A DNA stretch of 24,068 bases from Cirrosporium novae-zelandiae (lineage: Eukaryota), in NCBI GenBank assembly GCA_026023565.1, contig JAPETS010000054.1, positions 124,001 to 148,068 of the forward strand, written 5' to 3'. Of this stretch, positions 1-10,288 are shown one piece after another (position 1 is the first letter of the stretch; every line of letters begins with the position of its first letter). Both the position numbers and the translations under genes were made by a program. The notes beneath the pieces were generated by a model that searched no databases, was not told where the DNA came from, and saw nothing but the letters and a program-made list of their open reading frames with translations.

Positions 1-219
1 CCATTTGTTGGACAGTATCCGTTAATGGCTTAGGGCAGATATTGTCATCTGATTTCGCTACCGAGGCGTGTTAGAAATCGCGTCACTCAACTTCAATAAG
101 TCATTAGCTTCTTCGTGATATCGTCTGGTCTTGCTTCCTCAAATTGCCATCGCGAAATTTCAGTTACTTAGCTTCTAACAGACACTATTCCTCTCAACAG
201 CTGAGCACAACTCCAAACC

Positions 220-1956
220 ATGTCTAATGCTCCAAAGCTTGAAAAGTTTGTCCGACGTCATTCTCCACCCTTATTACCGAGTCGACCTCAAAGTGCTACC
301 TTCAATGCTGTTACTTCATCCCCCACCCGAGCCATCTCCCGAGACCGAGCACTAATTGCTCAGAACGCCCGCATTCAAGTTCCTCCTGTAAACCCTCCCG
401 TCAGCAACCTAGATAGACCCCGATCTGTCCCGCAAGATCGGACTTCAGGATATCTACCATCGCAGGCGAACACACAAGCAAAGACGTCATTTGAACCTGG
501 TCCAGCCAAGCAGGAGAGCTTTTCTAATATAAACCATGGGATATTTGATACGGATGCTTCAGGAATTGATGAAACCACGAGTTCGTTGAATGGCCTGCAA
601 GTTAGAGACGCACTGTTAAGTGCAAACCGTGGATATGACAGCATAAACCCAGATAATGATGGGGAGGCGCATGGAGATTATGGCCCCCAAGAAGGCATGA
701 GTGAAGATTTCGGTGAGGCTGGATCAGACCAGGGGGAAGTCCTACATGAAGAAGAAGAGTCCGATGGGTATGGTGACTTCGAGACTCGACCAAGAATCAA
801 CCCAGACGTCCTCGCGTCGCTGAACAAGGAGATAGCGCAGAATAAAAAGAGATTAAGGGTGGAGCAGTCTAATCTTGTAAGGAAGCATGGGACTCCGGCT
901 GAGCCTGCTTTTCCTGGTGAGGCTTACTTCCCCCAAGAAATTTACGGTACGCACTGGAATGTTTCTACCAGACAAGGGTTTGTGCCTCAAGGTGCATCTA
1001 TCCCAGCTCAGCGCAAGCCATGGCCCCCTTCTTCTAAGGGATATGAGAGCGAAGATGATAGGAAAAGCATGATGCAGAACAACCAGCAATCCCAAACCAC
1101 CACACGACCACGCCACCAGCCAAGTAACTCCCAACAGCTTAAAAGGTCCGGTCCAGTCCCTCTAACCAAAGTTCAGGGTTCTCATCACTTGCAAGTACAA
1201 GAACCACAAATACACAAACCCAAGCCTCAAAGGAAGGTCCAGATCCAGAGCAAACCGCATGAACATGCTAAGCAAGAACCTACTTTCCAACGTCTTCCAG
1301 CTCCTCCTGCCAAACAATTGCCACATCCTCATGCAGTTCCTTCTCGCAGTAACACTCCCATCATCCCGGCCGATGTCAAACCAATATCTACTCTTCTTGC
1401 AGCCAGCGACCTTAATTCCACTTCCACTTCTCCGACCTCGCCAATATTAGACGAAACTCAACTTCAAGAAGACGATGTTATCATCCAACAACCTCCCAAG
1501 CGTCGCCTTTCTCTCGATTATCCCCTTGAGAAACTATCCGTATTAAATCCCAACGACGTATTTCACCAATCATTCGACCATGTTCCTGCAATCACACAAT
1601 CTCGCCCTCCACCCTCTCCATCACCTAACAAATTTCCATTCACTTATGATCCAAGCGCACCCCCAACTTTTCTCCCCAATCTTACACAGCTCTCTGCATC
1701 CGATCTGCCCCCATTTTTCTCCACGCTTCCTCTTGGGTCCTGGCAAGCTACCGGTGACTGGCTGCTGGAACGACTTGGACAGGTAGTAAAGGAAATGGAC
1801 AACGCTCGGCAGGAAAGAAGGAACGTCGCTGACCAATTTGAGAAGGAGATTGAAGACAGATACAAGAAAGTTGAGGCCGCAAGGGAAGACGTGGAAGAAA
1901 GAATGGGGAGAATGAAGAAGGGGGGATTGGAGGTGCTGAACGAGAAATCGAAATAG
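220..1956 (+). CDS. ECM11: ECM11-domain protein (578 aa); long disordered P/Q/S-rich N-terminus and C-terminal ECM11 coiled-coil domain
   Basis: Intronless ORF. The C-terminus LDYPLEKL...QSFDHVP...FFSTLPLGSWQATGDWLLERLGQVVKEMDNARQERRNVADQFEKEIEDR...MKKGGLEVL matches the fungal ECM11 family pattern as I recall it. Orthology to yeast Ecm11 is not shown. Confidence 0.8.
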   Translation: MSNAPKLEKFVRRHSPPLLPSRPQSATFNAVTSSPTRAISRDRALIAQNARIQVPPVNPPVSNLDRPRSVPQDRTSGYLPSQANTQAKTSFEPGPAKQESFSNINHGIFDTDASGIDETTSSLNGLQVRDALLSANRGYDSINPDNDGEAHGDYGPQEGMSEDFGEAGSDQGEVLHEEEESDGYGDFETRPRINPDVLASLNKEIAQNKKRLRVEQSNLVRKHGTPAEPAFPGEAYFPQEIYGTHWNVSTRQGFVPQGASIPAQRKPWPPSSKGYESEDDRKSMMQNNQQSQTTTRPRHQPSNSQQLKRSGPVPLTKVQGSHHLQVQEPQIHKPKPQRKVQIQSKPHEHAKQEPTFQRLPAPPAKQLPHPHAVPSRSNTPIIPADVKPISTLLAASDLNSTSTSPTSPILDETQLQEDDVIIQQPPKRRLSLDYPLEKLSVLNPNDVFHQSFDHVPAITQSRPPPSPSPNKFPFTYDPSAPPTFLPNLTQLSASDLPPFFSTLPLGSWQATGDWLLERLGQVVKEMDNARQERRNVADQFEKEIEDRYKKVEAAREDVEERMGRMKKGGLEVLNEKSK

Positions 1957-3151
1957 GAGCTCAGCAGTGCAAAGTATTGGGGCGAGGCGAAGTATTGGAG
2001 TTTGGGTGTATGGATTTATGCATAGGATGCGGGGAACGTTTGCTATGCGAATATTGTGCTAAGCTTCCTATATGGCGTATGCCGTGTTGTGGCTATCGCT
2101 TTCGGGAATGTTGATGCGATGGAAAATCACGATACTTACTTTGCATGAAGTTGTAGGTGCATAGACAGTTCAGGGAGACACTTGCATGGTATTCATCTGG
2201 TGTTTAAATTCCGGTATCATCACAGTTAGGGTGATGGGGCGAAGATGGGAATGCGATCATGAAAACGAGCATCAGAGATAAGTATGAAGATATGAGCTAC
2301 GGTCGTTGCATTAATGAAATTATTGATGTCCCAACTTTCTGGTTTTGTTTGCTTCTTCTCTTCAGTTAATAACGCCCTTATGTTCCCACTCTTAAATCAA
2401 TCCCATCCCAGGAAAGTTATAGGGTCCTCACCCCAAAGAAATATTTCCTATTACTTGGTTTTTTAGGAGGCTTCCTAGAACATTACATTACATAAGGAGT
2501 GCTATGAAACGGATAACTAAAAGGATGGGATGGGATAGTGGACCATGGAATGAAGGACTGGTGCTACCAGTAAGAAGAATTCGGGCCGGGAAATTATGCA
2601 GGGGGGACAAGTTGAAGTGGTCGAGTAAGGGTGGGCTTTAAGGCATCCCTATTTCCGGGTCGGGTGTTATATCTTTCGTCTTATGAAGGGTTGTCTGGGC
2701 TAGTAGTCACGGTGCTCGATGGTGGTAAGAGCGAGGATATGCAATACGCAAGCACTGGGACTGTTGGTTATGTTTACTAGATCATGATGACCGAGAAGTC
2801 TTAGGTGACAGACAGAGGGAGTCTAAGAAAAGATATTTTCGTTATTCGTTATTCCTAGCAGAAGAAGATACTAATAGCAAGTACAGGACAATAGGCGCAA
2901 CACAGAAATAGCCAAAGCAAAGTGCGATGGTGTGGAAGTTGATCTGCTCCGTAGTACAGCAAGCACAATATGAATATCCCTTCACAAGCACCAGATACGA
3001 ATAAGGGGAGGATGCAAATAAACGAAACCGTTAAAAATCCAAGATAGATACGTTGATTCTCTAGAATCCTTTCGGTGTCTTCAGCGCCCACTAAGCATGT
3101 CAAGTCCGCTTTGTCTATCGCTTAAGGGGCGTCCCACTTGGGACCCTACTA

Positions 3152-4670
3152 CTACCAGTCCATCCATCTGTAATTACTTCTCCTAAAGGCGGGAAGAACG
3201 TCATCGAAAACTTCGGACTTTGCGAATTCACGACAGATTGCAAAAATAGCCCGCCGGTTTTCAAATAGGTCTTCATGTCCGTGGGTTAAGAAATGTTCAA
3301 ATCGACGGGGATTAGTAGCTTGATGCATGTCCTCTCGACATATCGGGCAGATCAGTCTGCAGCTTTGGGAATCATAGCCGGCTGAAGCGATAATCTCTTT
3401 GCATTTGAATCGTTCGCTTTCTGGGTGCTCTTTGAGGTGCTTGCTAGCTTTCTTACAGTCTGGGAAGGGACATCGATCTGGATTCGAGGCTTGGACCTGG
3501 TGGCGTGGACCCCAAAGAAGCTTATCATGATTCTCTATATGGATTATCAAGAGATCACTAGGCATTGGTTCCACTTGACAACCATCGACCAGGCATGGAA
3601 ATAAAGTATTAGAATCATGACTCGCTATCACGTGGGATTTCACTTTATCCCATCGATAGAAAATCTTAGAGCCGTAAAGATGGCAACCCACTGCAGTACA
3701 GCCGAATTTTGAGGTCTGGTCGTGTTTCCGTTGATGGCGTAGACGGTCTCCATTACGGCGAAATCCTTTAGATTTGCAACCAGGGAACTTGCAGATAAAT
3801 TTGGGCTTGGCACCTTCTTCCGGTGTTGTATCACTAAAAATAAATTAGTCTTCAATAAACTCGAGGAAATGGGGGAGGACGTATTCATATCTACCTATTT
3901 ACTGTGGAAGTTATTTGAGACTCGGTTAGTCCTGGATTCTGTGAACTTTGAAGTTCAGGCATACCCCGGCTAGGATGGGAAGGGGGCGACCCTGAAAAGA
4001 GCCTCAAGGAAAACGACGCCCTTCATCAGCCTTGTGTTAAAAAAAATTACCGATCGTCCCTAATCCATTCCATATGACGCTGATCGGTCTTGGCAAAGCT
4101 TTGTACCACATCGCCACGACCAATCGTCGAAGAGTTGACGCCCTCCTGGGGGTAGAAGGGCGTTATCATCATTGAAGGAGATGCAGGTTGGTATTGGGGC
4201 TGAGACCAGAACTCTGGCATCTGTGAATTAATTGGCGGTGGGAGATGAAATTTGCCATCGCTTAAGGTGAAGGGCGTCAACGAAGCCGAAGAAGCTGCAG
4301 ACCATTGAGGCGGCCCAGATAGTCCTGGAGCCTGAAAAATGCTTGGTTGTTCGTAGTATGGTTGGAAGGGGGCCTGAGAAGCCGTGAGAGCTGCAGGCTG
4401 CTCCCATGCAGACACCTCGGGAGGCAGCATGAAAGGCTCTGACACAAATGACCAATCAAGAGAGGCTGGCTCAAACACAGGGTTGGCATCGCTAGCCATT
4501 GGTTGATATCCAATGAATTCGTCAATTGTCGGACATGAAGTCAAGTCAAATTCTTCGTCCGTAGTGGTGCTGAACTGCCAGGGTTCTTGAGGGGCGTTCG
4601 ATGTGCTCGGATCATTGAGGTTCTGGGAGTTCTCGATATTCGGTCCAGCTGACATCTTGGAGAAATCCAT
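3152..4670 (-). CDS. Multi-exon C2H2 zinc-finger protein, probable transcription factor
   Basis: The last exon (3833-3152) reads FICKFPGCKSKGFRRNGDRLRHQRKH, CTAVGC...HVIASH, CLVDGC...HIENH, CPFPDC...HLKEH, CPIC...HFLTH. Introns 3964-3902 (GTATGC..CTAAC..CAG) and 3894-3834 (GTAGAT..CTAAT..TAG) flank a 7-nt exon. The first intron probably starts at 4050 (GTAATT); its acceptor, near 4003, is uncertain. The N-terminal exon is acidic/P/S/Q-rich, like an activation domain. Start ATG 4670 is preferred over 4862. Confidence 0.8.
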
Positions 4671-5073
4671 GGTAGACACGTGGGCCAATGAAGTAGTAAT
4701 GAAGTAGAAAGGTATACAAGTAACAGTGAAGCCTGGTATCTTTTGGGAGATTTGAGAGGCAAAAGGAGCAAAATTTGGTCGAGGGAACCATCCTTTACTT
4801 ATCTTCCATTTCAGACTCATATTAACGCCCCTTGGTCTTGCTTGCTGCAAGTCCGGTTTCAATTCATGGCCCCTCTGACTATTTCATGGATGGCGTATTA
4901 GGGACGAAATGAAAAAACTAATGAACCTTGATTTTCAAAAATTTTAAACAAAATACAGATAGAAAGTTATTCCAAATTTCGTATAGATACTTAGCCTAGG
5001 ACAAAGCAGTTAAAGAAGACATTGATTGCTCTACTCTGCCGCTGAATTATATCGATTTTTTTGCAATTTCCAT

Positions 5074-6173
5074 TTACAAACAAAAAATACTAATAAAGAA
5101 CCAATCCAGCAACTCAACAGAAAAATGTATCAGGCATTTCTTAATGTGAAGCTCGAAAAGCCATAAATATGTAGAGACATGAACCAGCTTACGCGCTGCT
5201 TCAAAGTTCACAGGTATATCTTGATCTGAGAATAACTCCGCGGTTCTTGCACTAAGCCGTTTCTTGGCGAAAGGAACCATGGTATCTTTTGTTGTGCCAA
5301 GAAAACTCGTTTCGATCAAAGTTAGAGTAATGGATGCAGGGAGTGGGACTAGAAACCGAAGGGCTAGCATTATAAATGCAGTAAGAGTCTCTGTGAAAAC
5401 CACTGTTCGTGCTCCGGTTTCAACAGGAGAATTTGATTCAGCAAGGAATGTCGTAAAGGTCCTAACGTAGGGAGGCATATTATTCATCAAGAGCTCAGCA
5501 GTTCCATAAACCAGAGCCGGAACAGCAAGAATTTTCCATCTTTCTTTATCGTGGCGTAATCTAAAGTACGCTCGTGTCGACGACGTCGCCAAAATGGTGG
5601 CATGTGTCCAGTGAAGGTGCAGTTCAGCAAGCAGGGCACTCGAAGTGAGATAGGCAACCGGTTTTAAGAAAGCATGACGAAAGACCAGGGTTTCTAGCAA
5701 GCTCGCGACAGAATCCTGAGCTAGGTGGTATATAATAGCCGCATCGAGTCCTTTGCAGAACATTCTTATACCACCAGCGTGATATAAAAAGTAAAGGGCA
5801 TCGACGACCTTGCGAGAAACTGGAACTTGTTTGACATGGAGTTTATCGACTACTATCGAATTTTTGGCGGTTTCATGTACTTGTACACTCTCAAGCATCA
5901 ACATGGAGGAAACGACATGACCGAGAACATAATGAATCTTATACTAGGAATTAGTGTTATAATATTCTAGACTTAGGTTCTGCTTACCAATCCATTTAAG
6001 GTTATAGAAGTTATTTTGATGAATAGAAGAAGTCGAATGTGCTTTAGTTCGCTTTCAGGATAATGCAGAAAATTATCGACTGCAAGGAAAAGATCGTCAT
6101 TTCCTCTAGGACAAATAAAAATATTCATGCCTGCACGAAATAAGCGAATGAGGATATTTTGATTAAAAAACAT
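5074..6173 (-). CDS. Uncharacterised fungal multi-pass membrane protein, two exons
   Basis: Joins ORF 5973..6173 to ORF 5074..5904 through an intron from 5987 (GTAAGC, branch CTAAT) to 5938 or 5944; both acceptors are in frame. The product reads ...ITLNGL|IHYVLGHVVSSMLMLES...HAGGIRMFCKGL...LLAELHLHWTHATI. It resembles a fungal family often labelled 'ubiquitin-conjugating enzyme/carrier', but no UBC motif is visible. The start could be 6128. Confidence 0.7.
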
Positions 6174-6837
6174 TATTCTTGGAAAGGCGTCACTTGGAAT
6201 ACAGGTGGTGTGGTAAGGATAACAGGGCAGCGGAAAGCAAGTTATATAAAAAGGAAAAGAAGAAAGAAAGTGCTATACTATTGAGGTCTAGAGTCGAAGA
6301 GGTCAATTTGACAAGGAACGACAATTGATCTCTTTCATTAAATAAAGTTGTTCTTCTACTGTAGTCTATACTAGGTGACTTGAATAAAGAATTTAGGTGT
6401 TCTCGGGGGACCTGGAGAACCCAGAGCATTAAAATGTCGTAAATATTGTCCTCGAAGGACCCGAAGGATTTGGAGTTTAAGCACGGTTGTCGAGGACAAA
6501 ACATGCAAGACATAAGACAATGAATTATCATCATCATCATTGGAACAAATCAAACGAGTTACACGCTTTAACATTACTCTCGCGACAAGTAGAACAGCAA
6601 GGGAAAGACGCTACTACTTAACTTGATCTCTACCTACAATACAGGGGTAGGCTTTGGCTTGGACGACTTGTTCTTTTCTCATCGAGCGGAAGAAACAGTC
6701 TTCTCCGGTACTTAAATTGAGGCTTTGCTCACAGCTGTCGCTCCAGACCCGGACTCGTCGACTTCTCAGTTTGCTCTACTCCCTCCATTTCATCAGCAAC
6801 TTCCTCTTACACCTCCATCAGGACAAGCGTAGCTAAA

Positions 6838-7615
6838 ATGCGCTCCAAGGTTGGGATACTCAGAATCGCTGCAATGGTGGTGGCTCGAACTTGAGCTCAA
6901 GAACTGAGCTATGAGGGCAGCATAAACGCACTTGCGTATGGCAATGTGGCCTTACAAGGCAACTCCTCGGGCACAGTGTAGCTTAATGTTACTGGGTTTG
7001 CCTCTGAGAAACTGCCTCACATACAAAACGATGTTGGATTTTTTTCATTTGACAATGTCGAGCCGCTAGGAATCATAGCTGGGTTAGCGAAGACTGCGGC
7101 TGGTTTGGGAAAGTGGGATGACCTTGTATTCTTATACAATGCCTTCGCTATGAATGCATTTGCTGAGTACATCAAAGTCTCTAGCGAACAGATGCGGGAT
7201 GGCCTTTTGATGGCAATTACTGGAGGGAACGACACTTCGTTGGACATGGCACTGATCAACCTTTATTCCGCCACTTCTAGCTCAGTATACCTAACTGAAA
7301 CTTTCAACAATCTCACGATAAATTCTACGTTGGAAAAACACGTCGAGTATCAAAGTCTATCTGTAAGGCGCTAGTGGAACGAATCTCGGGAAGTGTGACG
7401 GTCAAAATAGGGGCGCTAGGAGCATTTGTGTCAAGGGATGTTGTATAAGTTGGAGCGCGAATGCGACATTCCAGTACGAGAACCTCACGAATGCTGCAAA
7501 CTATTGCATCAAGGCATATCGAAAAACAAAAGTGAGCTGTGAAGTCGAGGGCGTGAAGTTGCAGGAAACGCTTGTAGACTAGTATCTGAGCAACAGGGCC
7601 AGTGAGTGCACCTGA
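6838..7615 (+). pseudogene. Pseudogene of a secreted Cys-rich protein with a C-terminal CCISWS...(C)LSNRA.xC domain
   Basis: ATG 6838 begins a signal-peptide-like MRSKVGILRIAAMVVART. In-frame stops lie at 6892 (TGA), 6979 (TAG) and 7580 (TAG), with two frameshifts near 7350 and 7410. The C-terminal part reads CKALVERISGSVTVKIG/RSICVKGCCISWSANATFQYENLTNAANYCIKAYRKTKVSCEVEGVKLQETLVD*YLSNRASECT*. Confidence 0.75.
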
Positions 7616-7973
7616 TGGAGTGAGAGAGTATGTCTTCGTAATTCAATGAGATTATTTGAGATAGAGGGCTATGTTTAGAGGTTGCGGATGGAGGTAGTGA
7701 AAGTGTAGAGGGGATACTATAGTAGACATTTGTTCTAAGTAAATAGTGCCCAATGTTGCTAGATCAGATATAAAACGAAGGCATTGTCGTCCAACCCCAA
7801 CCTCAATACTCCTGGGTTCAGTAGTTCACGAGTTTTTTCAGTAGTCAGTGCCCCTAGCCAGAAAGCAGAAAGAGAGTATCTGTAACTCTTAGTCGGCTAG
7901 AATTATTTTCAAATGAATGCTCATTGCCTTTGTTTTCCGACATTATCTGACCATTTATCCAGCGAAGGGAATG

Positions 7974-8023
7974 GACTAGACTGAATAGACGGTCTGACCC
8001 CGACCAACCAGACCGACCAGACC
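7974..8023. repeat. Degenerate GACYA/GACC low-complexity tandem tract
   Basis: GACTAGACTGAATAGAC...GACCAACCAGACCGACCAGACC; related tracts lie at 11088-11116 and, inverted, at 15191-15218. Confidence 0.55.
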
Positions 8024-8139
8024 TTAATTGCCTAAGGTCTATTATGGTCTATCACGTGTGTATATATATAGTATATACCTACGTATACTTAGGATATCAC
8101 TGAAGAAGATACTTGGCAATTATATTTTTTATTTCGCTT

Positions 8140-8187
8140 AGATTAGATAAGCAAAGATTAGATAAGGTCACGTAAAGATAAGATAAT
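8140..8187 (+). promoter_or_regulatory. Cluster of GATA motifs
   Basis: AGATTAGATAAG occurs twice (8140, 8155), followed by AGATAAGATAAT (8176-8187), all on one strand in AT-rich intergenic DNA. Confidence 0.35.
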
Positions 8188-9028
8188 TAATTTGATTGAA
8201 TGAACAACTTAATTATTGAATTGTCCCTTCAAGTTTGCCTATATTATTATCCCTTGGACCTGACCGAGGCTTACTCTTTTTTTTAGTTTTCGTAATCTTT
8301 GATTATTAGAAAGATTCGAAATGACTGACAGATACAACAGTCAACTCCATTGTTTCCATAGCTGGCAAGGCGCATGGAAAAAACAAATGTTATATGAAAG
8401 GCTGAATTAGCCTCGCAGCAACTTTCCGGGGAGTATGTACGAGTAGGTTGCCTTTGTACAGAAGGTTGGGAAATTCAATTATCATTGGAGGTGAAATATA
8501 CGCTACTCCTATCAAGGCTAGTATTATATCACACCATATATTTCAATACAGTAATTACCTACTTAAATACGCTAGGTAATTATTGAAGTTGGCAGTTACT
8601 GGATATTACTGTAATTGAAATCTAACAACGCAAGCACTCTCCCCACTCATCCCAGTTGCTTCTCCCAAAGTAGAACTGATACGGGATACTACATGGATGC
8701 TTATCCAATTGTTTACTGAATCCTCGTTATCAATTTCACCATATCTTTGAGTATGATCGACGTCACACTTCCCTCCGGCCATTTTGGGGTAAAGGTTCAA
8801 GTATCTCACTATGCATTATTTCATGGGAGGTAATATTTCAACGTAACAGCTAGTGGTTGACGAGATCGTCAACGATTATCGACTGACTTGTTACCTCAGC
8901 CTTACATTGACATTCTAGTTCAATCAGCCATCTGGAACCCCGAGCCTCGGCCACAGATATCCTCGTACATGACCGAGGGTCTCACCACAGCCCACTTGGG
9001 CCCAAGAACAATATAAATATAAGCAGCT

Positions 9029-10288
9029 ATGCCATTCCAATTCTCACAAACCCTTTTAGACCCGATGGCTCCTATTCTACTCGCCCGTGGTAATGTCACT
9101 GTCGCAGATACCTCCAGCCAGCTCCGCCAACAATGGGTAAACCCTGGCGATATTTTCTCGGTACTTCTTATCCTCGGAGGTGATGTCATCCAGCGTGCCC
9201 TTGCCCAACTGTCTGGCACAGTCATTACCCCTGTCGCATTTTCGTTCGGATGGGTCGCATATGCCATATCGGCTCTCTTGTCGGCTGTGGGCTCGAATAA
9301 GCTCATGCCTGCCAGCCCAGAAATTCAGTGCAAAGTCATCAATGTAAAGTCTTGCTATGCTCGATCGAACCAGTCTTGGGTTTTGGGCCGCATCTTGAAA
9401 GATTACGATCATTGGATGCCTAGGAATGTACGAAAGCGGCTGGAGGAGCTGTTTGATGAGGTAGACAAGGACAACCGGGAAAGGTTAAAAGAAACTCAAG
9501 GCCTTGTCAAACTCAAGAAATTACAAAAGCTAGCTCGGGAAAAGACGACCAGAGCTGGACTTTGCGTTGCTATCTTTGAATGGGTTTCTGATACGGAAGC
9601 TGAACCTGGTGTTCCTTCGCACGACTGGGTCTGGTGGAGCGGCTTTGCTGTAGTTGCAATTCAGCTTGCCATTGCAGCTATTCCTTGTGCTCTTTTCCAT
9701 GATTGGGGGGTCTTGCTCATCACCGTCTGCGGGAGCCTCCTCGCATTTGCTACAGGTGCTCTCCCACAATGGCGACAAGAAAAATGGGCATGTCGAACCA
9801 ATGACACGACCGTGGCATTAACTCGTGGAAATGGATCTCAGCATGCAATCATTATTGAAGGAAGCCCTTATGGATTTAACCTGGAAGATCTGGCCACCGG
9901 TGAAGCTCCAGACGTTCCACACACGAGGGTTTTCACCTGTATACTAGCCGTGCTCTGGTTTGCTCTCCTTATTACCAGTACAGGCCTTCAGAACAGTACG
10001 TGGTATCTTCTCGCAGTCGGCGCTATCGGAATGATGCAGAACCTCATAGTCGCGGGAGCTCCACGCCGTCCTGAGGCTTCGGGGCTTCATATTCAATTTA
10101 AAGAGGTTATCGCAGCCAAGAAGGTAATGCACGCATTAATGGATTTAGAGTCGTCATACAAGGGTTTTGGAGAGGCATTGCGGGCGGAGTTCTTCCCTGG
10201 GAACCTATGGGAATGGGAGAAGCAGTGGTGGGGTACTTCGGACACAAATGTGCGAAAAGCTTTGGAAGAGAAAAACCGACCTATGTAG
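9029..10288 (+). CDS. Uncharacterised fungal multi-pass membrane protein (419 aa)
   Basis: Intronless ORF with several hydrophobic segments and motifs I recognise from a widespread fungal hypothetical family: QWVNPGDIFSVLLILGGDVIQRALAQLSG, TPVAFSFGWVAYA, RSNQSWVLGRILKD, LPQWRQEKWACR, LTRGNGSQH, GMMQNLIVAGAPR, EFFPG. Confidence 0.85.
   Translation: MPFQFSQTLLDPMAPILLARGNVTVADTSSQLRQQWVNPGDIFSVLLILGGDVIQRALAQLSGTVITPVAFSFGWVAYAISALLSAVGSNKLMPASPEIQCKVINVKSCYARSNQSWVLGRILKDYDHWMPRNVRKRLEELFDEVDKDNRERLKETQGLVKLKKLQKLAREKTTRAGLCVAIFEWVSDTEAEPGVPSHDWVWWSGFAVVAIQLAIAAIPCALFHDWGVLLITVCGSLLAFATGALPQWRQEKWACRTNDTTVALTRGNGSQHAIIIEGSPYGFNLEDLATGEAPDVPHTRVFTCILAVLWFALLITSTGLQNSTWYLLAVGAIGMMQNLIVAGAPRRPEASGLHIQFKEVIAAKKVMHALMDLESSYKGFGEALRAEFFPGNLWEWEKQWWGTSDTNVRKALEEKNRPM

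Noticed and set aside
375..1865. Short ORFs overlapping the ECM11-domain gene
   Set aside because: Antisense or alternate-frame shadows of a long CDS with no recognisable motifs. The same applies to ORFs nested in the genes at 9029, 11407, 15797 and 18117.
2855..3103. 82-aa hydrophobic ORF on the minus strand
   Set aside because: Lies just downstream of the zinc-finger stop codon, probably 3' UTR; no motif or splice support.
3640..3888. 82-aa ORF
   Set aside because: Wrong frame: it overlaps an intron and the zinc-finger exon.
5074..5904. Calling this a ubiquitin-conjugating enzyme partnered with the RBR ligase
   Set aside because: No HPN motif or catalytic Cys of a UBC fold is visible; the protein looks like a membrane protein.
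6892..7582. Stop-codon readthrough or A-to-I editing rescuing the secreted-protein gene
   Set aside because: Two frameshifts and apparent Cys losses accompany the stops, so decay is the simpler explanation.
8606..8809. 67-aa ORF, and similar short intergenic ORFs at 6190, 6654, 10371, 13499, 14827 and 15104
   Set aside because: Short, with no recognisable homology or convincing splice partners.
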